Assembly (NCBI GenBank): GCA_038330145.1
Contig: JBBQNR010000003.1
Coordinates: forward strand, 4,579 to 68,578
Direction of reading: 5' to 3'
Origin: Solirubrobacterales bacterium
GTDB taxonomy: Bacteria > Actinomycetota > Thermoleophilia > Solirubrobacterales > JBBDJG01
Length of the DNA: 64,000 bases
Part shown: in pieces, positions 18,268 to 28,109 of the stretch
Layout of the letters: each line of letters begins with the position of its first letter
How positions within the stretch are numbered: position 1 is the stretch's first letter
The notes under the pieces: generated by a model
What the model saw: only the letters and a program-made list of their open reading frames with translations
What the model was told of the DNA's origin: nothing
The model's database searches: none
Translations under genes and position numbers: made by a program

Positions 18268-19404
18268 GTGCCGGGGCCTCTCAGCGTGCTCGATCCGTTC
18301 AGCGTCAAACAGCAGCTGGACCGCTTCAACGACCTGCGTACCCTCGGCTCTCGAGTCACCTCCGACCTCGACTCGCTCAGGGCAGCTCGGCGCGCGCTGC
18401 TGCCGATGCCGCTGATCGACCGCCACCGCCGTTCCTACACGAAGGTGTTTCCGCACTTTCGCTCGCGCCCGATCCCGTCGCTTCAGAGGCGCAAGATCGG
18501 CCTCGTTCTGTCGGGCGGCAGCGGCAGCTGCGTGGCCGCGTGCGGAGTCGCCCGCGCGCTCGAGGAGGCGGGCATCGAACCCCAGGCGATCTCGGTCTGC
18601 TCGGGCTCGGCGCTGTGGGGCTCGATGATGGCGTCGGGGCTCTCGGCTCAGGAGATGGTCGACCTCTCGCTCAACTGGCAGCCGGAGGACTACCTCGACA
18701 TCCAGTGGGCACGGCTGCCGCGTTTCGCCCTCGCCGCCATGCGCGGCTTCACGGGGTTGGCAAAGGGCGACGCAATCGAGCGCCTGTTCAACCGCCAGCT
18801 CTGGAACATGTCGGTCGGCGAGACGCCGATCCCGATCTATTCGATCGTCTACAACATCGACACCGGGCGGCTGGAGACGTTCGGCTCGAAGCTGACTCCG
18901 AAGCTCGAGATCGGCGAGCTGGTGAGGATCGCGATCGCGCTGCCGCTGCTGGTGGAGGCCGTGCGAGTGAAGGACCACCTCTACGCCGACGGTGGCGTGG
19001 TGGACGTCTTTCCCGCCCAGCCGCTGATCGAGAACGAGCGCCTCGACCTCTACATCGGCGTCAACACCATTCTTCCCGCGCGGCTGGAGGGAGAGGACAT
19101 CTCCGGCTGGCCCCAGGAACGCCTCGGCTTCATGCGGGCCACGCGCCAGTTCAGCTACGCCGGCCATCTGGAGCTGGCCAGGCGCACCGGCAAGCAGCTG
19201 GGGCGCAAGCTGATCCTGATCGACCCCGTCGACTACGCGGAGCTGCACGGGTGGGGCTTCTACGACCTCTTCATCGACCGTCGCAAGTGGCCCCGCCTGA
19301 TCCTGCAGGGATACGAGCACACGAAATCGGTGCTCGAGCGCTACGCCCGCCGCGGCGCGCGCAGGTCAAGCGCGACGCGGCCACGCGCAGTAAAGGCAAG
19401 CTAG
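18268..19404 (+). CDS. Patatin-like phospholipase family protein (divergent motifs)
   Basis: Gly-rich loop 'GLVLSGGSGSC', Ser elbow region 'VCSGSALWG', catalytic Asp motif 'LYADGGVVDVFP'. Start uncertain: GTG 18268 or ATG 18406. Confidence 0.7.
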   Translation: MPGPLSVLDPFSVKQQLDRFNDLRTLGSRVTSDLDSLRAARRALLPMPLIDRHRRSYTKVFPHFRSRPIPSLQRRKIGLVLSGGSGSCVAACGVARALEEAGIEPQAISVCSGSALWGSMMASGLSAQEMVDLSLNWQPEDYLDIQWARLPRFALAAMRGFTGLAKGDAIERLFNRQLWNMSVGETPIPIYSIVYNIDTGRLETFGSKLTPKLEIGELVRIAIALPLLVEAVRVKDHLYADGGVVDVFPAQPLIENERLDLYIGVNTILPARLEGEDISGWPQERLGFMRATRQFSYAGHLELARRTGKQLGRKLILIDPVDYAELHGWGFYDLFIDRRKWPRLILQGYEHTKSVLERYARRGARRSSATRPRAVKAS

Positions 19405-19412
19405 AGAAAAGG

Positions 19413-19440
19413 CCGTCATTTGCTTAGGCGCAAATGACGG
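19413..19440. terminator. 11-bp perfect hairpin between convergent genes
   Basis: ccgtcatttgc-ttaggc-gcaaatgacgg. It lies between the patatin stop (19404) and the CPBP stop (19454) and is preceded by an A-run. Confidence 0.5.
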
Positions 19441-19453
19441 GAGCACCGAGGGT

Positions 19454-20182
19454 TCAGAGATTTACGGCGAAGGCGAGGGCGTTGTTCGCTGCGTGAACCA
19501 TGATGCAGGGCCAAAGCGAGCCGGTCTTCTCGAACAGCAGCGCCAGCGCCGTGCCGAGAACGGCCAGCGGCACCAGGTACTCGAACTTGAGGTGGATGGC
19601 CCCGAAGATGAGCCCGCTGACTATCGCTCCACCCGAGGTTCCGAGACGGGTGCGCAACGACTGGTAGAGGAAGCCGCGGAAGAAGAACTCCTCCACAACA
19701 GGCGCCACGCCGACAACGAACACGCCGGTCACGATCGCCAGCGTCGTGCTCTGGTCGGCCCCCAACTGCTGTGGCAGGTCGTCGCTCGGCGGGGTCGCGA
19801 TTGCCACGTAGATGGCCGACAGCACGAAGTAGGTCAGCATCGCCACCACGGCCCAGCCCAGCGCCGAGCTGCCGAAGGGGCGGAAGCCGAACTGCCGCAG
19901 GTCCGGCTTGCCGAGGCGTTCGGTCATCATGAAGGCGGCCGCGACGAAGGCGAAGCTCTGCGCGGCGATGGCGGCGAATTCGAACGAGGACGCGTCCTCG
20001 GGGTTGTCGAACCCGAGCGCCAGGTAGACCGCGGCGATGATGCCCGTGAGCACGAACGTTGCGACCAGCGCGGCCAGCAGGCCGATCAATCCGGCCGATG
20101 GTGGCCAATGCGGCTGGCGGCGGTCTGACGGCAGATCCGGGAAGCCCTGCAGGGCCGGCTGGTTCGGTCCGGGGTGGGTCAA
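19454..20182 (-). CDS. CPBP-family (CAAX/Abi) intramembrane metalloprotease
   Basis: Motifs 'VVEEFFFRGFLY', 'FGAIH', 'MVHAANNAL'. Multiple TM helices. Confidence 0.85.
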   Translation of the reverse strand: MTHPGPNQPALQGFPDLPSDRRQPHWPPSAGLIGLLAALVATFVLTGIIAAVYLALGFDNPEDASSFEFAAIAAQSFAFVAAAFMMTERLGKPDLRQFGFRPFGSSALGWAVVAMLTYFVLSAIYVAIATPPSDDLPQQLGADQSTTLAIVTGVFVVGVAPVVEEFFFRGFLYQSLRTRLGTSGGAIVSGLIFGAIHLKFEYLVPLAVLGTALALLFEKTGSLWPCIMVHAANNALAFAVNL

Positions 20183-20217
20183 GCGCTGAATACTGAACGA
20201 TCCGTGGCCCGTCGCCC

Positions 20218-20925
20218 TCAGTCCGACGAAGCCAGCACGAGGCCCAGCAGGTCCGTGAGCGAATAGATCTTCTCCGCGCCACGGGCGTCGACGCTGTCGG
20301 TGCGATCGATCAACAGGGGGCGAAGACCCGCCTCGCGCGCGCCGGCGACATCGGTCTCGAGCGAGTCGCCGACGAACATCGCCTGCCCGGGAGACGACCG
20401 CACGCGCTCCAGCGCGGTTCGGAAGATCTCCGCATCAGGCTTGGCGGCACCGACCTCAGCCGACACCACGACAACGTCGGCGGCGCCCGACAGGCCGACC
20501 GAGGCGAGCACCGTGTGCAGCGAGCAGTCCCAGTTCGAGACGATCGCCGTGCGCAATCCGATCTGTCTCAGTGCAGCAAGCGTGGAGGCGGCGTCCGGGT
20601 GGGGAGTGAAGCGCAGCGACTCGAGCAACAGGTCGGTCATCCTGCCGTCGCCGATATCCGCCAGCTCGGGAAGCTGCTCGCGCAACACGCCCGCGCAACG
20701 ACGGCGCAGGTCGGTCAGCGAGGATTCGTCGTGGCCCTCCATGTGGTGCTGTCGGTAGTAGGACATCTCGGCCAGCATCGCCTCGCGGGTGCGCGCCTCG
20801 TCGATCTCGATCCCGTGCCGCTGCCGCAGCAGCTGCCTCAGGAACGGCCACGGCGGCTCCAGCTCGACCAGCGTCCCGAGCGCGTCGAAGAGTACCGCGT
20901 TGGTGCGGCCCCGCGGCGCGGTCAC
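20218..20925 (-). CDS. HAD-superfamily hydrolase
   Basis: Motif I 'VLFDALGTLV', motif II 'IVSNWD', motif IV 'FVGDSLETDV'. Confidence 0.8.
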   Translation of the reverse strand: MTAPRGRTNAVLFDALGTLVELEPPWPFLRQLLRQRHGIEIDEARTREAMLAEMSYYRQHHMEGHDESSLTDLRRRCAGVLREQLPELADIGDGRMTDLLLESLRFTPHPDAASTLAALRQIGLRTAIVSNWDCSLHTVLASVGLSGAADVVVVSAEVGAAKPDAEIFRTALERVRSSPGQAMFVGDSLETDVAGAREAGLRPLLIDRTDSVDARGAEKIYSLTDLLGLVLASSD

Positions 20926-20932
20926 GGTTGAG

Positions 20933-23131
20933 TCAGGCGGTGACGGCGACGGAGTCTGCCTGGACGGCCTCGGCTGCCGCCGCGACCGGCTCGACCCTGA
21001 CCGGAACGCCGTTCAGGTGCGCCATGCCGGCGAGCCGCTCGAGCGACTCGGGGTCCGAGGGCATCAGCACGTTGACGTTGACGCCCGCGCTCTGGTTCGC
21101 CAGCCGCCAGCCGCCCCTGTGTCCCCAGCCGTGGGGCAGAGCCACCGCGCCGGGAGTCATCTCGTCGGTCAGCGTGACCGGCACCTCGATCGAGCCCGAT
21201 GCCGACACGATCCGTGCACGGTCGCCGTCGGCGATGCCGGCTGCCTCCGCGTCGTCTGGGTGGATGCGAAGCGCCTGGGTGCGCCCTCCCCGCATCAACA
21301 ACGGCGAGTTGTGCATCCAGGAGTTGTGCGACCGCAGCTCTCGCATCCCAATCAGCTTGAAGGGATAGTCGGGACTGTCCTCGCCCAGCGACCCGAGGCG
21401 CGCCAGCTCAGAGGCCAGCGCCGGGTCGGTCAGGTGCACGCGCTTGTCCCGGTGACGGATCTTGTCGCTCAGCACTCCGGTCGCGATCTCGTCGTCCAGA
21501 ACGATCCCGTGCGGCGATCGCGCGACCTTGCGAAGCGACAGGCCTCCTCGCCGCAGCCCGAACAGGTCGCCGCGCGGTCCCGTCCGCAGCAGCAGGTCCA
21601 CCAGCCGCCGCGGGCCGATGCGCAGACCGAGCCGCGCCAGCCGCCGCAGCACAGAGAGGCTGTAAGGCGCGACACCGATGCGCCGCGAAAGATCGTCCAC
21701 CACCCGCCACTCCTCACGTGCCTCTCCGCGTGGCGGCACCACCGCCTCGGTGACCTGGATGAACGGTGTCGAGAAGAACCCCATGAAGGCGACCGGGACG
21801 TCGTCGCGCTCCAGGAACGTGGTCCCTGGAAGCACGTAGTCGGCGTGGCGATTGGTCTCGTTCACGTAGAGGTCGATCGAGACCATCAGCTCGAGTTGCT
21901 CGAGCGCGCTCTCGAGAGCGTCGCCGTCCGGCACGGAAAGCACCGGGTTGCCCGCGGACACGAAGAAGGCCCTGATCTGCCCATCGCCAGGCGTGGTCAT
22001 CTCACGCGGGAGCAGGGTGGCCGGCAGGTTTCCGATCACGTCGGGGAAGCCACCGATGCGCGAGCGGATCTTCCCGTAGGTCGCGAGGCCCGCTTTCTCG
22101 CCAACGTCGTCGAGGGCGATCGGAGGCCGCCCGAAGACCGCGCCGCCGGGCCGGTCGACATTTCCGGTGACCGTGTTGAGAGCGTCGAGCAGGAAGGCGA
22201 CCAGCGTCCCGAAGCGGCCGAGGCAGGACCCGGTGCGCCCGTAGGCAACCGCGCTGCCGGCGTTCGCGAACGCAATCGCAGTCTCGCGCACGCTCTCGGC
22301 CGGCAGGCCGGTGCGCTCTGCCGTTTGCTCGGGCGTGTACGGCTCGGTCTGGCGAGCCAGCTGCTCGACCCCGTCGGCCCAGCGCGCGACGAATTCGCGG
22401 TCGGCCAGGTCCTGCTCGAAGACGACGTTCAGCATCGACAGCAACAGCCAGGCGTCGGCGTCGGGGCGCACGGCCAGGTGCTCGTACTGGCGTGCCGTCT
22501 CGGTGCGGCGCGGATCCACGACCACGATTCGACCGCCGCGATCGACGACCGCATTCAGCTGCTCTCGCACCCGTGGGGCCGACAGCACCGAGCCGTGCGA
22601 GACGAGCGGGTTGGCGCCGACCATGAGCAGGAACTCGGTGCGCGCCAGGTCGGGAATCGGCACCACCAGCGGTGAGCCGTATAGCAGCGCGGAGGCCGCG
22701 AAGCGGTTGTTGACGTCCTGCGAGCCGGCGGAGTAGTAGTGGGGAGATCCGAGGCCGTCCAGGAAGCCCTTCACCCAGAGGGTGTGGCTGTAGCTGAAGG
22801 CACCGGGGTTTCCCATGTACCAGGCGACCGACCCGGGCCCCCGCTCCCCGATCAGGGTCTTCATCCGGCCTGCGATGTCGTCCATCGCCTCGCTCCAGCT
22901 GACGGGCTCGAACTCGCCCGCACCGCCGACGCGCTTGAGCGGGTGCAGCACGCGGTCGGGATCGTTCTGGACGTCGGCCATCGCGATCCCCTTCGGGCAG
23001 GCGTACCCGCGTGACAGCGGGTGCTCGCGGTCGGGACGCAGCTGCGTCAGCCGCCCGTCCTCGACGCTGGCCACCATCCCGCACAGCGGCTCGCAGATGC
23101 GACAGAAGGTGACCCTGTCCTCGACCGCCAT
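20933..23131 (-). CDS. Molybdopterin (bis-MGD) oxidoreductase, cytoplasmic, formate-dehydrogenase-like family
   Basis: N-terminal 4Fe-4S motif 'CRICEPLCG...ACPKG'. 732 aa with a typical MopB core and C-terminal molybdopterin-binding barrel. No Tat signal and no in-frame TGA. Confidence 0.85.
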   Translation of the reverse strand: MAVEDRVTFCRICEPLCGMVASVEDGRLTQLRPDREHPLSRGYACPKGIAMADVQNDPDRVLHPLKRVGGAGEFEPVSWSEAMDDIAGRMKTLIGERGPGSVAWYMGNPGAFSYSHTLWVKGFLDGLGSPHYYSAGSQDVNNRFAASALLYGSPLVVPIPDLARTEFLLMVGANPLVSHGSVLSAPRVREQLNAVVDRGGRIVVVDPRRTETARQYEHLAVRPDADAWLLLSMLNVVFEQDLADREFVARWADGVEQLARQTEPYTPEQTAERTGLPAESVRETAIAFANAGSAVAYGRTGSCLGRFGTLVAFLLDALNTVTGNVDRPGGAVFGRPPIALDDVGEKAGLATYGKIRSRIGGFPDVIGNLPATLLPREMTTPGDGQIRAFFVSAGNPVLSVPDGDALESALEQLELMVSIDLYVNETNRHADYVLPGTTFLERDDVPVAFMGFFSTPFIQVTEAVVPPRGEAREEWRVVDDLSRRIGVAPYSLSVLRRLARLGLRIGPRRLVDLLLRTGPRGDLFGLRRGGLSLRKVARSPHGIVLDDEIATGVLSDKIRHRDKRVHLTDPALASELARLGSLGEDSPDYPFKLIGMRELRSHNSWMHNSPLLMRGGRTQALRIHPDDAEAAGIADGDRARIVSASGSIEVPVTLTDEMTPGAVALPHGWGHRGGWRLANQSAGVNVNVLMPSDPESLERLAGMAHLNGVPVRVEPVAAAAEAVQADSVAVTA

Positions 23132-23401
23132 GGACCGAGTCTAACGTCCGTCCGGGGCCCTTGCGAGCGGTCGGTCACAGATCGACCGAGCTGGCAAAAG
23201 CCGCGCTGGGCCGGGCAGCCAGAGGGCCTTCAAGCGGCACGACGAAGGGCGGGGCCTGGATATACTCGTTCAGTCCTATGGCAGGGACGGCTGGAGGTCG
23301 AGCGAATGCCTGATGCATGAGGCTCTCGGGCTCCGGCTGAGCGAAATGGCGGCAGACCACAGTTCCCGGAATCCGCTTCCGATCGGGTTCCACATTCATC
23401 C

Positions 23402-25594
23402 TTGACCTACCGCGAGCGAAAGCGCAACCGCCGCGGGCACAAGCGCAGCAAGATCCTGCTCGCGGTGCTGGTGCTGGTGGTATGCGCGGTGATCGGCGGC
23501 CTGTCGGCGGTCGGCTACGTGCTGGCGGTCGGGGCGAGCGCTCCGCCGCTCGCCTCACTCAAGCCGGTCGACCAGGGAACCAGCTCTGTCGTTTACGCAG
23601 CCGACGGAAGCCGGCTCGGGTTCATTCAGTCGGACGAGATCCGGACTCCGGTGCCGCTGCGCAGCATCCCCAAGTCGCTCCAGGTGGCCACGGTCGCGAT
23701 CGAGGACGAGCGCTTCTACCGCCACGACGGCGTCGACTACGAGGGAATAGTGCGAGCGGCCTTCAAGAACCTCGAGGCCGGCAAGGCGGTGGAGGGCGGC
23801 TCCACGATCACGCAGCAGCTCGTGCGCAACCTCTACGTCGGCCGCGAGCGCACGCTGCAGCGAAAGATCCGCGAGGCAAAGCTGGCGCTGGAGCTGGAGC
23901 GACGGCACTCGAAGCGCTGGGTGCTCGAGAGCTACATCAACTCGGTCGCCTACGGCACGATCGACGGCCAGACCTCGGTCGGCGTGCAGGCGGCAGCGCA
24001 GACGTTCTTCTCCAAGAGCGCCAAGAACCTGACGCTGGAGGAATCGGCGCTGCTTGCCGGGCTGCCGCAGGCGCCGAGTGAGCTGAACCCGTTCCAGAAC
24101 CCGCGCGGCGCCCTCGAACGGCGCAACCGCGTGCTGCGACAGATGGCCAAGCTCGGCTACATCTCCAAGGCACGCGCGACGGAGGCCAGCCAGTCGAGGC
24201 TGGGACTGCACAGGGGCGACCTCTACACGCGCATCCGCGAGCCGTTCTTCTTCGACTACGTGAAGCAGCAGCTGATCGACAAGTTCGGTGTCAACACCGT
24301 GCGCAAGGGCGGGCTGAAGGTCTACACGACGATCGATCCCAAGCTGCAGGCGGCCGGCCGCAAGGCGATCGACTCGACGCTCCCCTACCCCGCCGACCCC
24401 AGCGCCGCTGTGGTCGCGATCGATCCACGCAATGGCTACATCAAGGCGATGGCCTCGAGCTCCAACTACAAGCACAAGCAGTTCAACCTCGCCGCGCAGG
24501 GCCACCGCCAACCCGGCTCCGCCTTCAAGACCTTCGTGCTCACGACGGCGATCAGGCGCGGGATCAACCCCAACACCACCAGCTACGTCTCGAAGCCGCT
24601 CGACCTCAAGACCAAGGACTACGGCCCCTGGAAGGTGCAGACCTACGACCAGACCTACGGCGGCTCGATGAACCTGGTGCGGGCGACGCTTCGCTCCGAC
24701 AACACCGTTTACGCACAGCTCGACCTCGACCTCGGGCCCAAGAGCGTGGCCGACACGGCGAAGGACATGGGCATCACGACCAAGCTCGACGGATACCCGG
24801 CCGAGGGTCTCGGAGGATTGACACGCGGCGTCTCACCGCTCGAGATGGCGAATGCCTACGCCACGCTGGCCGCGGGGGGCATGCGCAACAAGCCGATCGC
24901 GATCAGGCGCGTCGCCTTCCCCGGCGGGGACGTCGAGGATCTCGGCAAGCCCAAGCGCGAGCGGGTGTTCTCAGACGCCGTCGCCTACGAGGTGACGAAG
25001 ATCCTGAAGCAGAACATCACCAGCGGCACCGGCACGCGCGCCAACATCGGCTGCCCCGCGGCGGGCAAGACCGGAACTACGGACAACTTCAACGACGCCT
25101 GGTTCGTCGGCTACACGCCGACCTTCGCGACGTCGACCTGGGTCGGATACCCCAACGCGCTGCGGGAGATGCGCAGCGTGCATGGAATCTCGGTTGCCGG
25201 CGGCACCTTCCCGGCTGAGATCTGGAACAAGTTCATGCAGGTGGCGAAGGCCAAGAACTGCAACGACTTCCCGCGTCCCACCACCACCGTGCAATGGTCA
25301 CCGTTCTTCGGCAAGTACTCGGGCCAGAGCGGCTACTCGAGCAGCGGCAGCGGAAACTACAACTACGGTGGTCAGAGCCAGGGAGACAGCTCCGGCGGAG
25401 GCTACGGCGGCTACGACCCGCGCCTCTATCAGGGCGACCCCAGTCCCGGTAACTCCAACCCCAGAGGGGGCGGCGGCAAGCCCGGCGGTGGCAATGGCAA
25501 CGGCAACGGTGGCGGCAATCGGGGCGGTGGCACGGGCGGAGCCAGAGGCGGCGCGGGTGGCGGCGGGCCCGACGGAGGGTCCGGCGGCTTTTGA
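23402..25594 (+). CDS. Class A penicillin-binding protein (transglycosylase/transpeptidase) with a Gly-rich C-terminal tail
   Basis: GT51 motifs 'EDERFYRHDGVD', 'GGSTITQQL', 'RKIREAKLALELE'. Transpeptidase motifs 'SAFKTF' (SxxK), 'SDN', 'KTGTT'. N-terminal TM anchor. Confidence 0.92.
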   Translation: MTYRERKRNRRGHKRSKILLAVLVLVVCAVIGGLSAVGYVLAVGASAPPLASLKPVDQGTSSVVYAADGSRLGFIQSDEIRTPVPLRSIPKSLQVATVAIEDERFYRHDGVDYEGIVRAAFKNLEAGKAVEGGSTITQQLVRNLYVGRERTLQRKIREAKLALELERRHSKRWVLESYINSVAYGTIDGQTSVGVQAAAQTFFSKSAKNLTLEESALLAGLPQAPSELNPFQNPRGALERRNRVLRQMAKLGYISKARATEASQSRLGLHRGDLYTRIREPFFFDYVKQQLIDKFGVNTVRKGGLKVYTTIDPKLQAAGRKAIDSTLPYPADPSAAVVAIDPRNGYIKAMASSSNYKHKQFNLAAQGHRQPGSAFKTFVLTTAIRRGINPNTTSYVSKPLDLKTKDYGPWKVQTYDQTYGGSMNLVRATLRSDNTVYAQLDLDLGPKSVADTAKDMGITTKLDGYPAEGLGGLTRGVSPLEMANAYATLAAGGMRNKPIAIRRVAFPGGDVEDLGKPKRERVFSDAVAYEVTKILKQNITSGTGTRANIGCPAAGKTGTTDNFNDAWFVGYTPTFATSTWVGYPNALREMRSVHGISVAGGTFPAEIWNKFMQVAKAKNCNDFPRPTTTVQWSPFFGKYSGQSGYSSSGSGNYNYGGQSQGDSSGGGYGGYDPRLYQGDPSPGNSNPRGGGGKPGGGNGNGNGGGNRGGGTGGARGGAGGGGPDGGSGGF

Positions 25595-25783
25595 GCCGGC
25601 CGGCCTTTCGGCCTGCAGACGACCTTCCAGCGTGCCGGTGACCCGTCCCGGTAACTTCGCGCGATCGGCCTCCCAGCATCCAGTGACTCCTCCAGTGATT
25701 CCACAAGCAGCGGGCGACTGAGCCGGCCGTCGGCCCTCAACGCCGGGCGCGGCGCTGCGCTGGCGAGCCTGGCGCTGCTGGCG

Positions 25784-27040
25784 GTGGTCTACTGCGCGCT
25801 GGCGATACCGGTCGCATCGCCCCACTCGACCGTCGTGCTGGCCGCGGCGGAGCAATCTCCGGACTGGCTACTCGGCCCATGGCACGTGCTGGGGGCCCGT
25901 GGGGCCGACGGAGACCTGACCGGTCCTCTCTTCTACGCCGGGCTGTGGGTCGCGATGCTGGCCTACGTGGTGGTGCTGCTGACCGCCTCGCACGTCGGTC
26001 GCAGGCTCGCCATCGGCTCCGTCGTCGCCTTCCATGTTCTCTTCGCGTTGGCTCCACCGCTGCTGTCGCACGACGTCTTCAGCTACATCTCGTACGCGCG
26101 GCTCGACGTGCTGCACGACCTCGGTCCCTATACGCACTCGCCCAACGACGCGCCGAATGACGCTGCGTTCGGCTTCGCCGGCTCGAAGGACGCGACCAGC
26201 GTCTACGGGCCCCTCTTCACGCTGCTCACCTATCCGCTGGCGAAGCTGAGCGTGCCGGCCGCCTTCTGGACCCTGAAGGCCGTGATGGCCTCCGCCAGCC
26301 TGGCGGTCGTCGCGCTGGCCTGGGCCTGCGCCCGCAGTCTCGGTCGCGACCAGGTCTTCGTCGCGCTCGCGATCGGCCTAAACCCGCTGGTGCTCGTACA
26401 CGTGGTGGGCGGCGCCCACAACGACGCGCTTACGGTCGCGCTCTGGATGGGAGCGCTGACGGCGCTGCTGGTCGGGGGCAGGGAGCGGCTCGCCGGTGCT
26501 CTCGAGACTGCATCCGGCGCCGTCAAGGCCTCGGCCGGTCTGGTGCTTCCCTTCCTGGTGCTGGGGTCGAGACGGCGCTGGTCGGTGCTGGCCGGTGCGG
26601 TGCTGGCCGGCGTGGGCATCTTCTTGGTCAGCCTGGCCGTCTTCGGCCTCGACGCCTTCGACGCGCTGGGGCTGATCGGCGCCAACCAGGAGCGCACCAG
26701 TCGCTGGAGCATCCCGCAGCGGACCGCGGACGGGATCGCGGTCATCAGCGGTGGCTCGGCGAGCGACATCGTCCACTTCACGCGCGCCCTGTTCGGCGCC
26801 GCCTTCCTTGTGGTGCTGGCCCTGCTGCTGAGACGAGCGCAGCGCGAGGGTTCACGCTCGCATTGGTGGGTGGAGGGAACGGGTTGGGCCACGCTCGCCC
26901 TCCTGATCGCCTCGGCATGGCTGGTTCCCTGGTATGCGATCTGGCTCATGCCCCTGGCCGCGCTTTCGGGCAGCCGCCGTCTGATGGTCGCGTCCGTGGC
27001 GCTCTGCGCCTACATGCTCGTGATCGCAGTTCCGATCTGA
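25784..27040 (+). CDS. Polytopic membrane protein, GT-C-like (DUF2029/mannosyltransferase-like) glycosyltransferase candidate
   Basis: More than 10 TM helices. First loop 'SHDVFSYISYARLDVLHDLGPY' and 'YGPLFTLL' resemble polyprenol-phosphate-sugar-dependent GT-C enzymes. The function call is tentative. Confidence 0.6.
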   Translation: MVYCALAIPVASPHSTVVLAAAEQSPDWLLGPWHVLGARGADGDLTGPLFYAGLWVAMLAYVVVLLTASHVGRRLAIGSVVAFHVLFALAPPLLSHDVFSYISYARLDVLHDLGPYTHSPNDAPNDAAFGFAGSKDATSVYGPLFTLLTYPLAKLSVPAAFWTLKAVMASASLAVVALAWACARSLGRDQVFVALAIGLNPLVLVHVVGGAHNDALTVALWMGALTALLVGGRERLAGALETASGAVKASAGLVLPFLVLGSRRRWSVLAGAVLAGVGIFLVSLAVFGLDAFDALGLIGANQERTSRWSIPQRTADGIAVISGGSASDIVHFTRALFGAAFLVVLALLLRRAQREGSRSHWWVEGTGWATLALLIASAWLVPWYAIWLMPLAALSGSRRLMVASVALCAYMLVIAVPI

Positions 27041-27095
27041 GAGCGCTGCGGTTCCGATCTCAAAGCGCGCGCCGATCCAGGGCTAAGCTCAAGCC

Positions 27096-28109
27096 GTGAT
27101 CGGCGAGTTCGAGCTCATCAACCGCCTGAGGGCGAAGGCCGGGGTACGCGGGGAACGCGTCCTGCGCGGACCGGGCGACGACGCCTCGGTCGTGCGCACG
27201 GACGGCGTCGTCGCCGTATCGGTCGACGCCTTCGTGGAGGGGGTGCATTTCCGCCTCGCCACGACATCGATGGAGGACCTCGGCCACAAGTGCGTGGCCG
27301 CGGCGCTCTCCGACATCGCGGCGATGGGAGCAGGCGCCGGCGAGGTCTACCTCGTGCTGGGGCTTCCGGAGAACATCGGCGACCGTGAGGTGATGGAGCT
27401 GATGAACGGAGCCGAGGCGCTTGCCTCGCAGCTCGGGGTCACCATCTGCGGCGGCGACCTGACCGCCAGCAATGAGCTGTTCGTGTCGGTGACGGCGATC
27501 GGTCACGCCGCGGACGAGAGCCGGCTGATCGGGCGCGACGGCGCCCGCCCGGGTGACGTGCTCGGGGTCACGGGCCGGCTCGGCGGGGCAGGCGCGGGCC
27601 TCGTGCTGCTGGAGCGCAAGGAGCACGGCGTCCCGGTCGAGATCGGCGAGGCGTTGATCGACCGCCAGCGACAGCCGCTGCCGCGACTGGAGGCCGGCGC
27701 CGCTCTCGCCGGCGCGGGCGTCAGCGCCATGATCGACATCAGCGACGGTCTCGCCTCCGACTGCGCGCGGCTGGCGGAGGAGAGCGGCGTGATGCTCGAG
27801 GTGCAACTGGCCCAGATTCCGGTCGACGAAGGCGTCGACGAGGTCGCGGCGTTGCTGGGCACGACGGGCGTGGAGCTTGCCGCCGGCGCGGGCGAGGACT
27901 ACGAGCTGCTGCTGACGGTGGCGGCAGACAGGGCATCCGCCGTCGAGCAGGCCGGCGAAGCTGCCGGCGCACCGGTGAGCTGGGTGGGGAAGGCCCTAGA
28001 AGGCTCGGGGGTCAGGCTGCTTGACCGGAGTGGTTCCCACCGCCCGCTCCAGGGCTGGGATCACTTCGCCAGGCGCTCATCCGCCCGCCCTCACCGAGGG
28101 CAAGCTTGA
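27096..28109 (+). CDS. thiL: Thiamine-monophosphate kinase
   Basis: 'MIGEFELINRL...GPGDDASVV', 'DISDGLASD', and 'GWDHF' near the C-terminus. AIR-synthase-like fold family. Confidence 0.88.
   Translation: MIGEFELINRLRAKAGVRGERVLRGPGDDASVVRTDGVVAVSVDAFVEGVHFRLATTSMEDLGHKCVAAALSDIAAMGAGAGEVYLVLGLPENIGDREVMELMNGAEALASQLGVTICGGDLTASNELFVSVTAIGHAADESRLIGRDGARPGDVLGVTGRLGGAGAGLVLLERKEHGVPVEIGEALIDRQRQPLPRLEAGAALAGAGVSAMIDISDGLASDCARLAEESGVMLEVQLAQIPVDEGVDEVAALLGTTGVELAAGAGEDYELLLTVAADRASAVEQAGEAAGAPVSWVGKALEGSGVRLLDRSGSHRPLQGWDHFARRSSARPHRGQA

Noticed and set aside
18076-19320. 414-aa minus-strand ORF opposite the patatin-like gene
   Set aside because: The same GC-driven shadow-ORF logic applies. 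The + frame carries the patatin DGG and Gly-loop motifs, while the minus frame is low-complexity (Arg/Ala/Asp/Leu) with no motif.
20789-22675. 628-aa + strand ORF, plus several shorter ones, covering the molybdopterin oxidoreductase locus
   Set aside because: It is antisense to a gene with clear 4Fe-4S and MopB motifs. Its product is Arg/Pro/Gly/His-rich with no motif. Long antisense ORFs are expected in very GC-rich DNA because stop codons are rare.
20933-23131. Selenocysteine (in-frame TGA) in the formate-dehydrogenase-like molybdoenzyme
   Set aside because: The ORF is uninterrupted over 732 codons. No in-frame TGA or SECIS-like hairpin is needed.
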